The translations under genes and the position numbers were made by a program. This document shows positions 30,315 through 43,416 of a stretch of DNA of 64,000 nt, one piece after another. A model generated the notes under the pieces. The model was not told the DNA's origin, did not search any database, and saw nothing but the letters and a program-made list of their open reading frames with translations. Positions within the stretch are counted from its first letter, which is position 1, and each line of letters starts with the position of its first letter. The DNA is from Trueperaceae bacterium (lineage in GTDB: Bacteria > Deinococcota > Deinococci > Deinococcales > Trueperaceae): assembly GCA_965213705.1 (NCBI GenBank), contig OZ243913.1, positions 1,472,001-1,536,000 on the forward strand, in the 5' to 3' direction.

Positions 30315-32118
30315 CTTCGAAACCCAAACGCCCCGCAACCGCCTTATCGGCAACTCCCCCAAAGTCGGCATCCGCCCGGCCATCGACGGGCGTTTGGGCG
30401 GCGTGCGGGAATCGTTGGAGGCTCAGACGATGGCCTTGGCCGAGGCCGTCGCCGACCTCATCACCCAAAACCTGCAGCACGCCGACGGCCTGGGGGTCGA
30501 GTGCGTCGTCGCCGACAGCGCCATCGGCGGGGTGGCAGAGGCGGCACGTTGCGCCGAGAAGTTCGCCCGCGCGGGCGTCGGCGTGTCCATCACCGTGACG
30601 CCCTGCTGGTGCTACGGCTCGGAGACGATGGACATGAGTCCGCTGCTGCCCAAAGCGGTGTGGGGCTTCAACGGCACCGAACGCCCCGGCGCGGTCTACT
30701 TAGCGGCGGTGATGGCGGCGCACGCGCAAAAGGGGCTCCCGGCCTTCAGCATCTACGGGCGCGAGGTGCAGGACGCGGGCGACACGAGCATCCCCGACGA
30801 CGTACAGCAAAAACTGTTGCAGTTCACCAAGGCCGCGCTGGCGGTGGCGACGCTGCGCGGCAAAAGTTACCTGTCGGTGGGCGGCGTGTCGATGGGAATT
30901 ATGGGCTCGCTGGTAGACCCCGACTTTTTCGAGGCTTACTTGGGGATGCGTGTCGAAACCGTCGACATGAGCGAGGTGGCGCGGCGCGTGGAGCAAGGCA
31001 TCTTCGACCCGGAGGAGTTCAAACGGGCGCTCGAGTGGACGACCCAAAACTGTCCCGAAGGCGAAGACTACAACCCGGCAGAGGGGCAGCAGAGCCGCGA
31101 AGAAAAAGACGAAACCTGGGCGACGAGCGTCAAAATGGCGCTCGTCATGCGCGACCTCATGGTCGGCAATCCCGCGCTCGCCAAGCTGAGCTACGGCGAA
31201 GAGGCGCTGGGCCACAACGCCATTGCCGCGGGTTTTCAGGGTCAGCGGCAGTGGACGGACTTTCGGCCCAACGGCGACTTTATGGAGGCGATTTTAACGA
31301 GTTCGTTCGATTGGAACGGCGTTCGCCAACCCTTTATGGTCGCGACCGAGAACGACGCCCTGAACGGCGTGACAATGCTGTTCGGGCACCTGCTCACGAA
31401 CAGCGCCCAAATTTTCGCCGACGTGCGCACCCACTGGAGCCCCGAGGCGGTGAAGCGCGTCACCGGGCACACCCTCACGGGCCGTGCCGAGGGCGGCTTG
31501 TTGCACCTCATCAACTCCGGCCCGGCGGCACTCGACGGCACCGGGCAGCAGGAACAGGGCGGCCGGCCCGCCATGAAACCTTTTTGGGACATCACGCCCG
31601 AGGAGGCGACACGCTGTTTGGAGGCGACGACCTGGCACGCCGGGATGCTCGAGTACTTCCGGGGCGGCGGCTGGTCGACGCGCTTCGTGACGAGGGGTGA
31701 CATGCCCGTCACCATGACGCGCCTCAACTTAGTCAAAGGCCTCGGCCCGGCGCTGCAAATTGCCGAGGGTTACACCGTCGGTCTTCCCGAAGAGGTTCAC
31801 GCGACACTAGACGAGCGCACCAACCCGACCTGGCCGACGACCTGGTTCGCACCCAACTTGACCGGCCGCGGCCCCTTCCGTGACGCCTACAGCGTGATGG
31901 CGGCCTGGGGTGCCAACCACGGCGCACTCGCTTACGGGCATATCGGCAGCGACTTGGTAACTCTGGCCTCGCTGCTGCGGATTCCGGTTTACATGCACAA
32001 CGTCCCCGGGGACAAGCTGTTCAGGCCGCACGCCTGGCACAGCTTCGGCACCGCCGACCCGGAGGGGGCGGACTTCCGCGCTTGTAGGGCGTTCGGGCCG
32101 CTTTACGGGACGTACTAA
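30307..32118 (+). CDS. fucI: L-fucose/D-arabinose isomerase
   Basis: [46 protein letters not shown]. Confidence 0.97.
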   Translation: MADFETQTPRNRLIGNSPKVGIRPAIDGRLGGVRESLEAQTMALAEAVADLITQNLQHADGLGVECVVADSAIGGVAEAARCAEKFARAGVGVSITVTPCWCYGSETMDMSPLLPKAVWGFNGTERPGAVYLAAVMAAHAQKGLPAFSIYGREVQDAGDTSIPDDVQQKLLQFTKAALAVATLRGKSYLSVGGVSMGIMGSLVDPDFFEAYLGMRVETVDMSEVARRVEQGIFDPEEFKRALEWTTQNCPEGEDYNPAEGQQSREEKDETWATSVKMALVMRDLMVGNPALAKLSYGEEALGHNAIAAGFQGQRQWTDFRPNGDFMEAILTSSFDWNGVRQPFMVATENDALNGVTMLFGHLLTNSAQIFADVRTHWSPEAVKRVTGHTLTGRAEGGLLHLINSGPAALDGTGQQEQGGRPAMKPFWDITPEEATRCLEATTWHAGMLEYFRGGGWSTRFVTRGDMPVTMTRLNLVKGLGPALQIAEGYTVGLPEEVHATLDERTNPTWPTTWFAPNLTGRGPFRDAYSVMAAWGANHGALAYGHIGSDLVTLASLLRIPVYMHNVPGDKLFRPHAWHSFGTADPEGADFRACRAFGPLYGTY

Positions 32119-32155
32119 ACTAGAGACGGGTCTAAACTAGAGGCAGGAGGTTGCT

Positions 32156-32719
32156 ATGGCAGTCGCACTAACCAGATACCGCTTCAGCGTCGACGAATAT
32201 CATCAGATGGTCGAAGCGGGTGTGTTCAATGAAGACGACCGGATAGAACTCATCGAGGGAGAAATTGTCGAGATGGCACCGATAGGCAGTCGGCACGCGG
32301 CGTGCGTTACTCAGTTGACCCAACTCTTTTCACTAGGATTGGGTGAGCGTGTATTCGTCAGCGTTCAAAACCCTATTGGAATAGCGAACAGCGAGCCCGA
32401 GCCTGATTTAGCCTTGCTGCGTCCCCGCGACGACTTTTACGCTGAGCGGCATCCGGGGCCGGAGGATGTGCTCCTCGTCGTGGAAGTCGCCGACAGTTCG
32501 TTTCAGTACGACCGTGAAGTCAAGATACCGCTGTACGCGCGTTCTGGCATCGTTGAGGCATGGTTGGTCGACCTCGGTAACGACGAAGTTGTGGTTTACC
32601 GCGAACCTTCTCCCAAAGGCTATGGGTTGATGCAGACTTACAGCGCCGGCGACGAAATTTCGCTGTCAACTTTCGACCTCACGTTTCGCGTAGCCGACGT
32701 GCTGCTGCGCTCGAGCTAA
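32156..32719 (+). CDS. Uma2 family (DUF820) PD-(D/E)XK protein
   Basis: RIELIEGEIVEMAPIG, EPEPD, LVVEVADSS, YARSGIVEAWLVD. Confidence 0.92.
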   Translation: MAVALTRYRFSVDEYHQMVEAGVFNEDDRIELIEGEIVEMAPIGSRHAACVTQLTQLFSLGLGERVFVSVQNPIGIANSEPEPDLALLRPRDDFYAERHPGPEDVLLVVEVADSSFQYDREVKIPLYARSGIVEAWLVDLGNDEVVVYREPSPKGYGLMQTYSAGDEISLSTFDLTFRVADVLLRSS

Positions 32720-32752
32720 CCCCCTCCGCGCCTCTTTTCGGAAGGTACCGAA

Positions 32753-33202
32753 GTGTCTGACTACATCAAGGAGATTCGCGGACTAGTCGGGCACCGCCCC
32801 CTCATTCTGACAAGCGCCATGATTCTTATTCTCGACGACCAGGAGCAACTGCTCCTGCAACGCCGCGCTGGAACGGGGGCGTGGCACGTCCCTGGTGGGT
32901 ATATGGAGCCTGGCGAAAAGATAGAAGATACCGCGCGTCGGGAAGCTAAGGAGGAAACCAACCTGGAAATTGGCGAGCTAGCGCTGTTGGGCGTTTTTTC
33001 AGGGCCGGAGTTTCACTGGTTTGCACCCAACGGTGACGAGGTTTACAACGTCACCGTGGCGTTTGTGACCAGGGACTTCAGTGGTGAACCTCGAGCCGAC
33101 GGTGATGAGGGAACGAGTGTGGCGTTCTTTGACTTGGAGACCTTGCCGGAAAACCTCGGGCCACCCGCACGACCCGTTCTCGCAGCATTTCTGAAACGTT
33201 AG
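32753..33202 (+). CDS. NUDIX hydrolase
   Basis: PGGYMEPGEKIEDTARREAKEETNL. Confidence 0.92.
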   Translation: MSDYIKEIRGLVGHRPLILTSAMILILDDQEQLLLQRRAGTGAWHVPGGYMEPGEKIEDTARREAKEETNLEIGELALLGVFSGPEFHWFAPNGDEVYNVTVAFVTRDFSGEPRADGDEGTSVAFFDLETLPENLGPPARPVLAAFLKR

Positions 33203-33211
33203 GAGCGCGAA

Positions 33212-34456
33212 ATGAAGCTTCCGTCCCAAATGCGCGCCCTCGTCCTTTCCGGCACCGGCTCCCAGCACTTAGCGGTGCGCACCGTCCTGACCCCCACACC
33301 CGGCCCCCGGCAACTCTTGGCGAGAGTCGACGCGGCGGGCATCTGCACCAGCCTCATCAAGCTTGTGGCGCAGGGGCCGGAGCACAGCTATCTTTACGGT
33401 TGGGAGGTAAGCAAACACCCGCTGATTCTCGGCGACGAGGGCGCGGTGACGCTCATGCAGGTCGGGGAAGAACTAAAAAATGACTTCGAGGTCGGCGCGC
33501 GCTACGTCGTCCAACCCGCCGTCGACCACGCGCCCGTCAATCACCGGGACCGCTACCGAAACGTCGAAAGCGTTCACAAGCTCGCCGTCGGTTACACGCT
33601 GGCGGGACACTTGGCCGAGTACATGCTCATTACCGAGGAAGTTTTAGAAGCGGGTTGTTTGTTGCCGCTGCCGGACGGGCTCGCGTCGGCCCACGCGGCC
33701 ATGAGCGAGCCGCTGTCGTGCGTGGTCTCGAGCCAGGACCATCACCTGCATTTGCGTCAGTCAAATCCCGGTGCGCCTCGAGAAGTTTTCAAAGGCCTCA
33801 AACCCGGCGGCGTCACGGTCATTGTCGGTGCGGGCGCGATGGGGCGGATGCACGTGGACGTGGCGCTGGGTTACCGGCCCCGAGTCGTCGTTGTAACGGA
33901 CTTTCTCGAGTCCCGGTTGGCACGGGTTCGCACGCTGTTTGAAAATAAGGCCGCGGCGCAGGGCACAGTTCTCCACACGGTTCAGGGTGGGGAAGAGGTG
34001 CGTGCCCTCGTCGACCGTGTGAGCGACCATCACGGGGCCGATGACGTGATTGTGGCGGTCGGCTCGCCCAAGGCCGCCCAAGCAGCGCAGCTTTACGGCG
34101 GGCGGGGTAGTGTCTTAAACCTCTTCGGCGGTTTTACAGCCTCCGACCGCACCGTGGCGCTCGACGGCAACATCGTCCACTATTCTGAGACCGTCGTCAC
34201 CGGCTCGTCGGGCGGCTCGCCTTGGGACGTGGCGCGGACGCTTGTGCTGCTGGAAGAGGGCGCTTTGGAAGTCGCTGGTCACATCGCAACCGTCGGCGAT
34301 TTGAACCACGCGCCGGAGTTGTTGGGGCGCGTCGAGCGGCAGGAAATGGACGGCAAGGCGGTCGTTTATCCGCACCGCCGGAGCGAACGGGTACTTACTG
34401 TTGAAAGCTGGAGCCTCGAGGACGAGCGAGCGTATTTGGAAGCAGTCCGCAGTTGA
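33212..34456 (+). CDS. Zn-dependent MDR dehydrogenase, L-sorbose-1-phosphate reductase (SorE)-like
   Basis: GICTS, ILGDEG (GHE variant), GARYVVQP, EEVLEAGCLL, EPLSCV, GLKPGG; no structural-Zn Cys cluster, as I recall for SorE. Confidence 0.75.
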   Translation: MKLPSQMRALVLSGTGSQHLAVRTVLTPTPGPRQLLARVDAAGICTSLIKLVAQGPEHSYLYGWEVSKHPLILGDEGAVTLMQVGEELKNDFEVGARYVVQPAVDHAPVNHRDRYRNVESVHKLAVGYTLAGHLAEYMLITEEVLEAGCLLPLPDGLASAHAAMSEPLSCVVSSQDHHLHLRQSNPGAPREVFKGLKPGGVTVIVGAGAMGRMHVDVALGYRPRVVVVTDFLESRLARVRTLFENKAAAQGTVLHTVQGGEEVRALVDRVSDHHGADDVIVAVGSPKAAQAAQLYGGRGSVLNLFGGFTASDRTVALDGNIVHYSETVVTGSSGGSPWDVARTLVLLEEGALEVAGHIATVGDLNHAPELLGRVERQEMDGKAVVYPHRRSERVLTVESWSLEDERAYLEAVRS

Positions 34457-35757
34457 GAGACGGAACATCCACAAGCCAAAAAACCTTCGTCGGGTTCGGC
34501 TTCGGCGCGATTCAGGCGGGGCTGTATCTTGTTGAAGCCATGCACTCCGGAGCCTTTAACCGGCTCGTCGTGGCCTACCGTCGTCCCGAAACCATTCAGC
34601 GAGTTCGTGCGGCGAACGGCTATTTTTCACTCAATATCGCACATGAGGATGGTGTAGAAACAGTGCGCGTCGGTCCCATAGAAATGTTCGACGTGAACGT
34701 ACCCGCCGACCGTGAGCGTATTGTCGAGGCTGTGGCGGAAGCCTCGGAAATGGCGACGGCGCTCTCGAGCGTGAACGACTACGTGGGCGACGGCCCCGCG
34801 AGCATCCACCACCTGATTGCCGAGGGGTTGAAGCGCAAGGTCGAACAGGGCGGGCCTCGAGTGGTCATCTACACCTCGGAAAACCACACCGAAGCGGCGG
34901 AAATCTTAGAAAAAGTTGTTTCAGCCGAGTTGTCTGAGGAAGAGCGTGCGGCAGTAGCGCGCTCGAGCCGTTTCGTCAACACCGTCATCGGCAAGATGAG
35001 CCGGGTGGTCGAGGACGCGGACGAGGTGAGGGCGCTGGCGCTCGAGCCCGTCACCCCCGGAGACACGCGCGCGTTTTTGGTCGAGGCGTACCGGCACATC
35101 CTCGTTTCGAAAGTGGCGTTTGGAGACGGCGTGAACTTCAAATCAGGCTTCGACTTCGACGAAAAAGCCGACCTCACGCCGTCCGAGGAGGCCAAGCTCT
35201 ACGGCCACAACGCCACCCACGCGCTCGCCGCTTATCTCGGCGCGTTCGCGGGCGCGACTTACATCGCCGACCTTAAAGATACGCCGGGCTTTGTGCCTTT
35301 TTTGCGCGCGGCGGCGCTGGACGAGTCCGGCGCTGCGTTGCTGCGTCGCCACGGCGGCGTCGACCCGATGTTCACCCCCGCGGGTTACCGTGACTTTATG
35401 GAGAGTTTGCTGGCGCGGATGCTCAACCCTTACCTGAACGACACGGTGGTGAGGGTCGGGCGCGACGCGCGGCGCAAGCTCGGTTGGAATGATAGGTTGG
35501 TCGGTACGATGCGTTTGGTACTGGCGGCGGGCCTGGTGCCGCACCGTCACGCCCTCGGGGTAGCGGCGGCCCTGGCGAGCGAAGACATACGTCCTGAAGA
35601 CCTCCTCGAGCTGTGGCAGGGTGAAGCTACGGAGGCTGAGCGGCGCGAGGTGCTGACTTTGGTCGAGGCGGGTGCCGAGCACTTCGACGCCTGGCGCGGG
35701 GCGGGCTGTCCACCGCTCGAGCCCTTTTTTCAAGCCCGCGTGTGGAGGCGAACGTGA
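34453..35757 (+). CDS. Mannitol-1-phosphate 5-dehydrogenase (MtlD)-like polyol-phosphate dehydrogenase
   Basis: [48 protein letters not shown]. Confidence 0.8.
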   Translation: MRDGTSTSQKTFVGFGFGAIQAGLYLVEAMHSGAFNRLVVAYRRPETIQRVRAANGYFSLNIAHEDGVETVRVGPIEMFDVNVPADRERIVEAVAEASEMATALSSVNDYVGDGPASIHHLIAEGLKRKVEQGGPRVVIYTSENHTEAAEILEKVVSAELSEEERAAVARSSRFVNTVIGKMSRVVEDADEVRALALEPVTPGDTRAFLVEAYRHILVSKVAFGDGVNFKSGFDFDEKADLTPSEEAKLYGHNATHALAAYLGAFAGATYIADLKDTPGFVPFLRAAALDESGAALLRRHGGVDPMFTPAGYRDFMESLLARMLNPYLNDTVVRVGRDARRKLGWNDRLVGTMRLVLAAGLVPHRHALGVAAALASEDIRPEDLLELWQGEATEAERREVLTLVEAGAEHFDAWRGAGCPPLEPFFQARVWRRT

Positions 35758-36521
35758 CTTTTGAGACGTTGCGCGACGACCTCATCGCGCTGTCGCACGA
35801 GTTGGGCCGCGAGTCCCGCCAGTTCGCGCTTTTGGGCGAGGGCAACACGAGTGTCAGTTGCGGCGACGGCACCTTTTGGGTCAAGGCGTCGGGGGGTCGG
35901 TTGGGGACGCTTGACGCGTCGGGCGTCAGCCGGGTGCGGCTCGAGCCCGTTTTGAAGCTGCTCGAGCGCGACGCGCTGAGCGAGGCAGAGGTCGAAGCCG
36001 AACTCGTTGCGGCCTTGGTAGACAAAGGCCACAAAAAACCTTCGGTCGAGACCTTCATGCACGCCCTCTGCTTGGAAGGCGGCGCGGCGTGGGTGGGCCA
36101 CACACACACCGTGTCGGTGAATCAAATCCTCTGCAGCGCCCAGGGTGCCGAGCCGTTTCGCCGCCACGTCTTTCCCGACGCGATTGTGGTCTGCGGGCTT
36201 CATCCGGCGGTGGTGCCGTACGTCGACCCCGGTTTCGCGCTCGCCAAGGCGGTGCGAGGCGAGCTGCAACGGTTCAAAACCGACCACGGTCAGCCGCCCA
36301 AACTGTTGCTCATGGAAAACCACGGCGTGGTCGCGCTGGGCCAGAGCGCGGCGGAGGTTTTGAACATCCACCTCATGGCGGACAAGTGGGCGAAAACGCT
36401 GCTCGGCACCTACACGCTGGGCGGCCCAAGGTTTTTGCCCGACGAGGAGGCCGCGCGCATCGACAACCGTTTGGACGAGCACTACAGGCGGCTCGAGCTG
36501 TCTCGAGGTTCGAATGGCTGA
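35754..36521 (+). CDS. Class II aldolase/adducin family protein (RhaD-type)
   Basis: [33 protein letters not shown] and GTGA overlap with upstream stop. Confidence 0.88.
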   Translation: MTFETLRDDLIALSHELGRESRQFALLGEGNTSVSCGDGTFWVKASGGRLGTLDASGVSRVRLEPVLKLLERDALSEAEVEAELVAALVDKGHKKPSVETFMHALCLEGGAAWVGHTHTVSVNQILCSAQGAEPFRRHVFPDAIVVCGLHPAVVPYVDPGFALAKAVRGELQRFKTDHGQPPKLLLMENHGVVALGQSAAEVLNIHLMADKWAKTLLGTYTLGGPRFLPDEEAARIDNRLDEHYRRLELSRGSNG

Positions 36522-38010
36522 GGCAAACTTTAGCGCCGCGAACTTCATTGCCGTGGACTTAGGCGCGTCGGGCGGGCGGGTGCTGCTGGGCCGCTTCGAC
36601 GGCGCGCGCTTCGAGCTTGAAGAACTGCACCGCTTCTACAACGGCCCGGTGGCGGTGCTGGGCAACCTGCACTGGGACGTGTTGGGGCTCTGGAACGAAA
36701 TCCTGACGGGCTTGCGCCGTTACGCCGGGCAAGAGGACGCGCCGCTCGTGGGCATCGGCGTGGACACTTGGGGAGTCGACTTCGCCCTGCTGGACGCCTC
36801 CGGCGGGATGCTCGGCAACCCGCACCACTACCGCGACCGCCGCACCGACGGGGTGATGGAGCGGGTGTTCGAGAAAGTTGGCAAAAGCTCTCTTTACGAA
36901 CGGACCGGTCTGCAGTTTATGCAAATCAACACGCTTTATCAGCTTTACAGTATGCGCCTGCAGGGTGACCCGCGTTTGGACTGCGCCGAAACCCTGCTAA
37001 TGATGCCCGACCTGTTTCACTACTGGCTTACCGGGCGCAAAGTGGGCGAGTACACCATCGCCTCGACAAGCCAACTGCTGGACGCGCGCGGTCGCAGGTG
37101 GGATGTGGAAACGCTCGAGGCCCTCTCGCTTCCTAAAATCTTCCCCGACCTGGTGCAGCCGGGCACCGTCGTTGGGCCGCTTTTAAAAGAGGTAGCTGAC
37201 GAAGTGGGGTTCTCGACCGAGGTATCTGTGATTGCCACCGGCTCGCACGACACCGCCAGCGCCGTGGCGGCGATTCCCGACTTGGACGAGAACAGCGTGT
37301 TCATCAGCAGCGGCACCTGGAGTTTGATGGGCGTCGAACTGAGCGAGCCCGTGCTGAGCGAAGCTGCTCGAGCCCTGGACGTGACCAACGAGGGCGGCGT
37401 GGGGGACACGGTGCGGCTCTTGAAGAACGTCGCCGGGCTGTGGCTGTTGCAAGAAAGCCGCCGCCAGTGGCGGCGCGAGGGACGTGATTACGGCTGGGAC
37501 GAGCTGCTCGAGCTTGCCACCCACGCCGAACCGTTTCGCAGCTTCGTCGACCCCGGTGCCGAAACCTTTTTGAATCCCGGCGACATGCCGGAGGCGATTC
37601 GTGCGGCCTGCCGCCGCACCGGGCAACCCGAGCCGGACGGCGTCGGGGAGGTCGTGCGCTGCTGTTTGGAGAGTCTGGCGCTCAAGTACCGCTCGGTCCT
37701 GGACGGGACGGAGGCGTTGTTGGAGCGCCGCCTGGACAAAATCTACGTCGTCGGCGGCGGCAGCCAAAATCATCTTCTAAACCAGTTTACCGCCGACGCT
37801 TGCCGGCGTGAAGTCGTCGCCGGGCCGGTCGAGGCGACGGCCTACGGCAACCTGTTGGTGCAGGCGGTGGCGACAGGCCATATTCAAGACCTGGCGGCGG
37901 GGCGGCGCGCGGTCGCGGCATCGGTCACGCGGCAGCGCTTTCATCCCGAACACGGCGAGGCTTGGGAGAAGGCTTACGCGCGGTTTCAGGGGTTGTTTGG
38001 AGATGGGTGA
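36514..38010 (+). CDS. rhaB: Rhamnulokinase/fuculokinase (FGGY family)
   Basis: [39 protein letters not shown]. Confidence 0.9.
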   Translation: MAEANFSAANFIAVDLGASGGRVLLGRFDGARFELEELHRFYNGPVAVLGNLHWDVLGLWNEILTGLRRYAGQEDAPLVGIGVDTWGVDFALLDASGGMLGNPHHYRDRRTDGVMERVFEKVGKSSLYERTGLQFMQINTLYQLYSMRLQGDPRLDCAETLLMMPDLFHYWLTGRKVGEYTIASTSQLLDARGRRWDVETLEALSLPKIFPDLVQPGTVVGPLLKEVADEVGFSTEVSVIATGSHDTASAVAAIPDLDENSVFISSGTWSLMGVELSEPVLSEAARALDVTNEGGVGDTVRLLKNVAGLWLLQESRRQWRREGRDYGWDELLELATHAEPFRSFVDPGAETFLNPGDMPEAIRAACRRTGQPEPDGVGEVVRCCLESLALKYRSVLDGTEALLERRLDKIYVVGGGSQNHLLNQFTADACRREVVAGPVEATAYGNLLVQAVATGHIQDLAAGRRAVAASVTRQRFHPEHGEAWEKAYARFQGLFGDG

Positions 38011-38056
38011 GGCTCGAGCCCGGCTACCCGTTCAAGAGGTGTACCCGCGTTTATAG

Positions 38057-39547
38057 CTACTCGAGCGGGCCGGTCGCCTCCGGCAAAAACAACGCGCCCG
38101 AGCGGGCGGGCAAGGTCTCACCTCGACACTCGGTCGCCGTTACGTGAAGCCTCAAGCCGTTCAGCGCGTCGCGGTAGGCTCCTGCTAATTCAGGACGTTG
38201 CAAGGCAAGCTCGAGGGAGGCAGACTCGTCGCTGACGTTTAACATCCCTATCAGCTTTGCGCCGTCCCACTCGCGCAGGTAAACGTACAACCCCGCGGCG
38301 GCGTAAAGCGTTTTAAAGTTGCCGCGACGCAGCGCCGGGTGGGCGTGGCGCAACTCGGCGAGCCGTTTGGTGTAGGTAAGCAACTCACAGTTCCAGGTTT
38401 CCTCACGTTCCCAGGGTATCGCCTGACGACAGTCGGGGTCGTGCTTGCCGCTTAAACCGAGTTCGTCGCCGTAGTAGATGCAGGGCGCGCCGGGGAAAGT
38501 GAACATGAACAGCAGCGCCAACCGCAGCGCCGCCTCGTCGCCGCTTACGACGGTGAGGGCTCGAGGCGTGTCGTGGCTGCCGAGCAGGTTGAGCTGAGTT
38601 TCGGTAATCGCCCGGGGGTGGTGGGTGAGCAGCGTGTCGACTTCGCGCGCGAACGCCTCGGCGTCCAACTTGGGGATGTACTTGTAACCACAGCGCAGAA
38701 TCTCAGCCTCGTTGAGGTTCGTCGCGGTAAAGCCGAACGCCGCCCTCGTAAACGGGTAGTTCATGACTGCGTCGAACTGGTCGCCCTGCAGCCAGCGCGC
38801 GGCGTCGGTCCAGATTTCGCCGACGATGTAGCATTCCGGGTTCACCGCGCGGCAGCGCCGCCGGAACTCCTGCCAAAAAAAGTCGTCGTCGATTTCGTTG
38901 GGCACGTCCAAACGCCAGCCGTCGACGCCGAAACGGAGCCAGTATTCCCCGACCTCCCACAGGTACTCGCGCACCGCGTCGAGTTCGGTGTTGAACTTCG
39001 GCAGCGCCGCCAGCCCCCACCAGGCGTCGTAACCCAAAGGGCCGCGGCCGTAGGCGTTCAGCGGAAACTTGCGCACGTGAAACCAGTCCAGGTAAGGGCT
39101 TTTGTCGCCGTTCTCTAAAATATCGTTGAACTGGAAAAAGCCGCGGCTGGCATGGTTGAAGACGCCGTCCAGCACGACCTTCATGCCGCGGGCGTGGGCG
39201 CGCTCGAGCAGTTCGCGCAGCGCCGCATCACCCCCCAACAGCGGGTCGACCCGGAAGTAGTCGTGCGTGTGGTAGCGGTGGTTCGAGGCCGACTGAAAAA
39301 TGGGGTTGAAGTAAAGCGCGGTCACGCCCAAGTCTTGCAGGTACTCGAGCCGTTCCGCCACGCCGAGAAGGTCGCCGCCCTTGTAGCCGTGGACGGTCGG
39401 CGGGCTGTCCCAAGCTTCCAGGTTATTCGGTTTGTAGACGCGCTCGCTCTTGGCGAAGCGGTCGGGGAAAATCTGGTAGAAAACGGCGTCTCTCACCCAC
39501 TCGGGGGTATCGATGTCAGGTGTGTTGCTGAAAAGTTCAGGCGTCAT
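38057..39547 (-). CDS. GH13 neopullulanase/cyclomaltodextrinase
   Basis: FYQIFPDRF, VLDGVFNH, GWRLDVP, IVGEIW, LGSHD, YYGDE; TACAAT box 7 nt before ATG. Confidence 0.93.
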   Translation of the reverse strand: MTPELFSNTPDIDTPEWVRDAVFYQIFPDRFAKSERVYKPNNLEAWDSPPTVHGYKGGDLLGVAERLEYLQDLGVTALYFNPIFQSASNHRYHTHDYFRVDPLLGGDAALRELLERAHARGMKVVLDGVFNHASRGFFQFNDILENGDKSPYLDWFHVRKFPLNAYGRGPLGYDAWWGLAALPKFNTELDAVREYLWEVGEYWLRFGVDGWRLDVPNEIDDDFFWQEFRRRCRAVNPECYIVGEIWTDAARWLQGDQFDAVMNYPFTRAAFGFTATNLNEAEILRCGYKYIPKLDAEAFAREVDTLLTHHPRAITETQLNLLGSHDTPRALTVVSGDEAALRLALLFMFTFPGAPCIYYGDELGLSGKHDPDCRQAIPWEREETWNCELLTYTKRLAELRHAHPALRRGNFKTLYAAAGLYVYLREWDGAKLIGMLNVSDESASLELALQRPELAGAYRDALNGLRLHVTATECRGETLPARSGALFLPEATGPLE

Positions 39548-39641
39548 GGCGGCCATTGTAACGAAGGAGCACCAACCCCGATGTGCAGTTCGTGTGACCG
39601 AGCCCCCCGACCTCACCCAATCCTCTTGCCATAATGGTCTA

Positions 39642-40328
39642 ATGACGAGGCAGACCTCCGACGTGCTAAACCGGCTCAACACTTACTTGCTCGAGCCGGT
39701 CAACGCTATTACGCACGGGTTGGGGGCCGTCTTCAGCGTGGTCGGCATGGTCGTCCTCGTGTACCTTTCCTGGGGACAACCGCTTTACGTCGTGAGTTTT
39801 GCCGTGTACGGGGTCAGTTCGGTGTTGCTTTACTTGGCGAGCAGCCTCTACCACGGCCTCAAGGTGAGTTCGCAGCGGCGGCGAATGCTGCTCAGGCTCG
39901 ACCACGTCGGGATTTACGCACTTATCGCTGGGAGTTACACGCCGCTCGCGCTCCTCGTCCTCAAAAGTCATAGCCCGTTGCTGGGCTGGGCGTTCTTTTG
40001 GCTCGTTTGGGGTTTGGCGACGCTCGGTATCGCCTTCAAGCTGTGGTGGCTGGACGCCCCGGTATGGCTCTCGACCGGGTTTTACCTGGCCTTGGGCTGG
40101 CTCGCTTTAGGTGTGATGCCCACACTTTTTCAAACCCTGAGTCCGGGCGGCTTGCTGCTGCTGTTCACGGGCGGCCTGCTCTACTCGGTCGGCGCGGTCG
40201 TGTTCGCTTTAGAGCGCCCCGACTTTTACCCCGGCGTGTTCGGCCACCACGAGTTGTGGCACCTGTTCGTGCTGGCGGGCGGGTCGTGCCACTACCTGCT
40301 GCTGCTGTTCTACCTCACGCCCAAGTAG
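39642..40328 (+). CDS. PAQR/hemolysin III family membrane protein
   Basis: EPVNAITHG, SSLYH, RLDHVGIY, HELWHLFV. Confidence 0.93.
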   Translation: MTRQTSDVLNRLNTYLLEPVNAITHGLGAVFSVVGMVVLVYLSWGQPLYVVSFAVYGVSSVLLYLASSLYHGLKVSSQRRRMLLRLDHVGIYALIAGSYTPLALLVLKSHSPLLGWAFFWLVWGLATLGIAFKLWWLDAPVWLSTGFYLALGWLALGVMPTLFQTLSPGGLLLLFTGGLLYSVGAVVFALERPDFYPGVFGHHELWHLFVLAGGSCHYLLLLFYLTPK

Positions 40329-40377
40329 CGCTTGTTCGCAATCTCATGTTCTGCTACACTTTTGTCAGTAGCGTAGC

Positions 40378-40690
40378 GCAGGAAAAGTACCTTGCCGACG
40401 CCCGCCAGAGAGCCCCGGCGCTTGCGCTGAGAACCGGGGTCGGGACGAGCAAGCGAAACGTCACCTGCAATTTTTAGAGGTAGCATCTCTAAAACTTCTA
40501 AGAATGCGCTGGAGAAGAACGGGTCGAGTTGCGATTTTGAGACGAACACCTCCTTACTAGACCTCCCGGCCCGCCGCGCCGACCCTGCGGTTAACGAAGC
40601 GCCCCGTGCTTACATTTCAAGCGGGGAACTGCGGTGGTACCGCGGGATAGCGTAAGCGTCTCGTCCGCACAGCCGGACGGGCTTTTTTTG
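40378..40690 (+). promoter_or_regulatory. T-box riboswitch (Val, specifier GUC) with terminator
   Basis: Stem I with AGAGA and GCTGAGA motifs, GTC at 40460-40462; T-box GCGGTGGTACCGCG; terminator CGTCCG...CGGACGGGC-T7. Confidence 0.9.
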
Positions 40691-40709
40691 TCCTCCGGCT
40701 ATGGAGGCC

Positions 40710-43337
<2,628 letters not shown>

Positions 43338-43378
43338 CGTTTTTGAAATAGCGCAAGAGAGGCCGTTTCTCTGCAAAC

Positions 43379-43407
43379 GTAGGGGCGGGTTTCAAACCCG
43401 CCCCTAC
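43379..43407. repeat. GTAG-type REP-like palindrome between convergent genes
   Basis: GTAGGGGCGGGTTT-C-AAACCCGCCCCTAC perfect inverted repeat. Confidence 0.75.
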
Positions 43408-43416
43408 ACGGTTTAT

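Noticed and set aside
30501..31700. Long alternative-frame ORFs (also 1832..2782, 7502..8371, 11531..12394, 21164..22156, 41208..42077)
   Set aside because: Shadow ORFs typical of high-GC DNA, overlapping well-supported genes.
32156..32719. Uma2 protein as a restriction/defence system explaining GATC loss
   Set aside because: Uma2/DUF820 genes are common and multi-copy, with no methylase partner here and no evidence of specificity.
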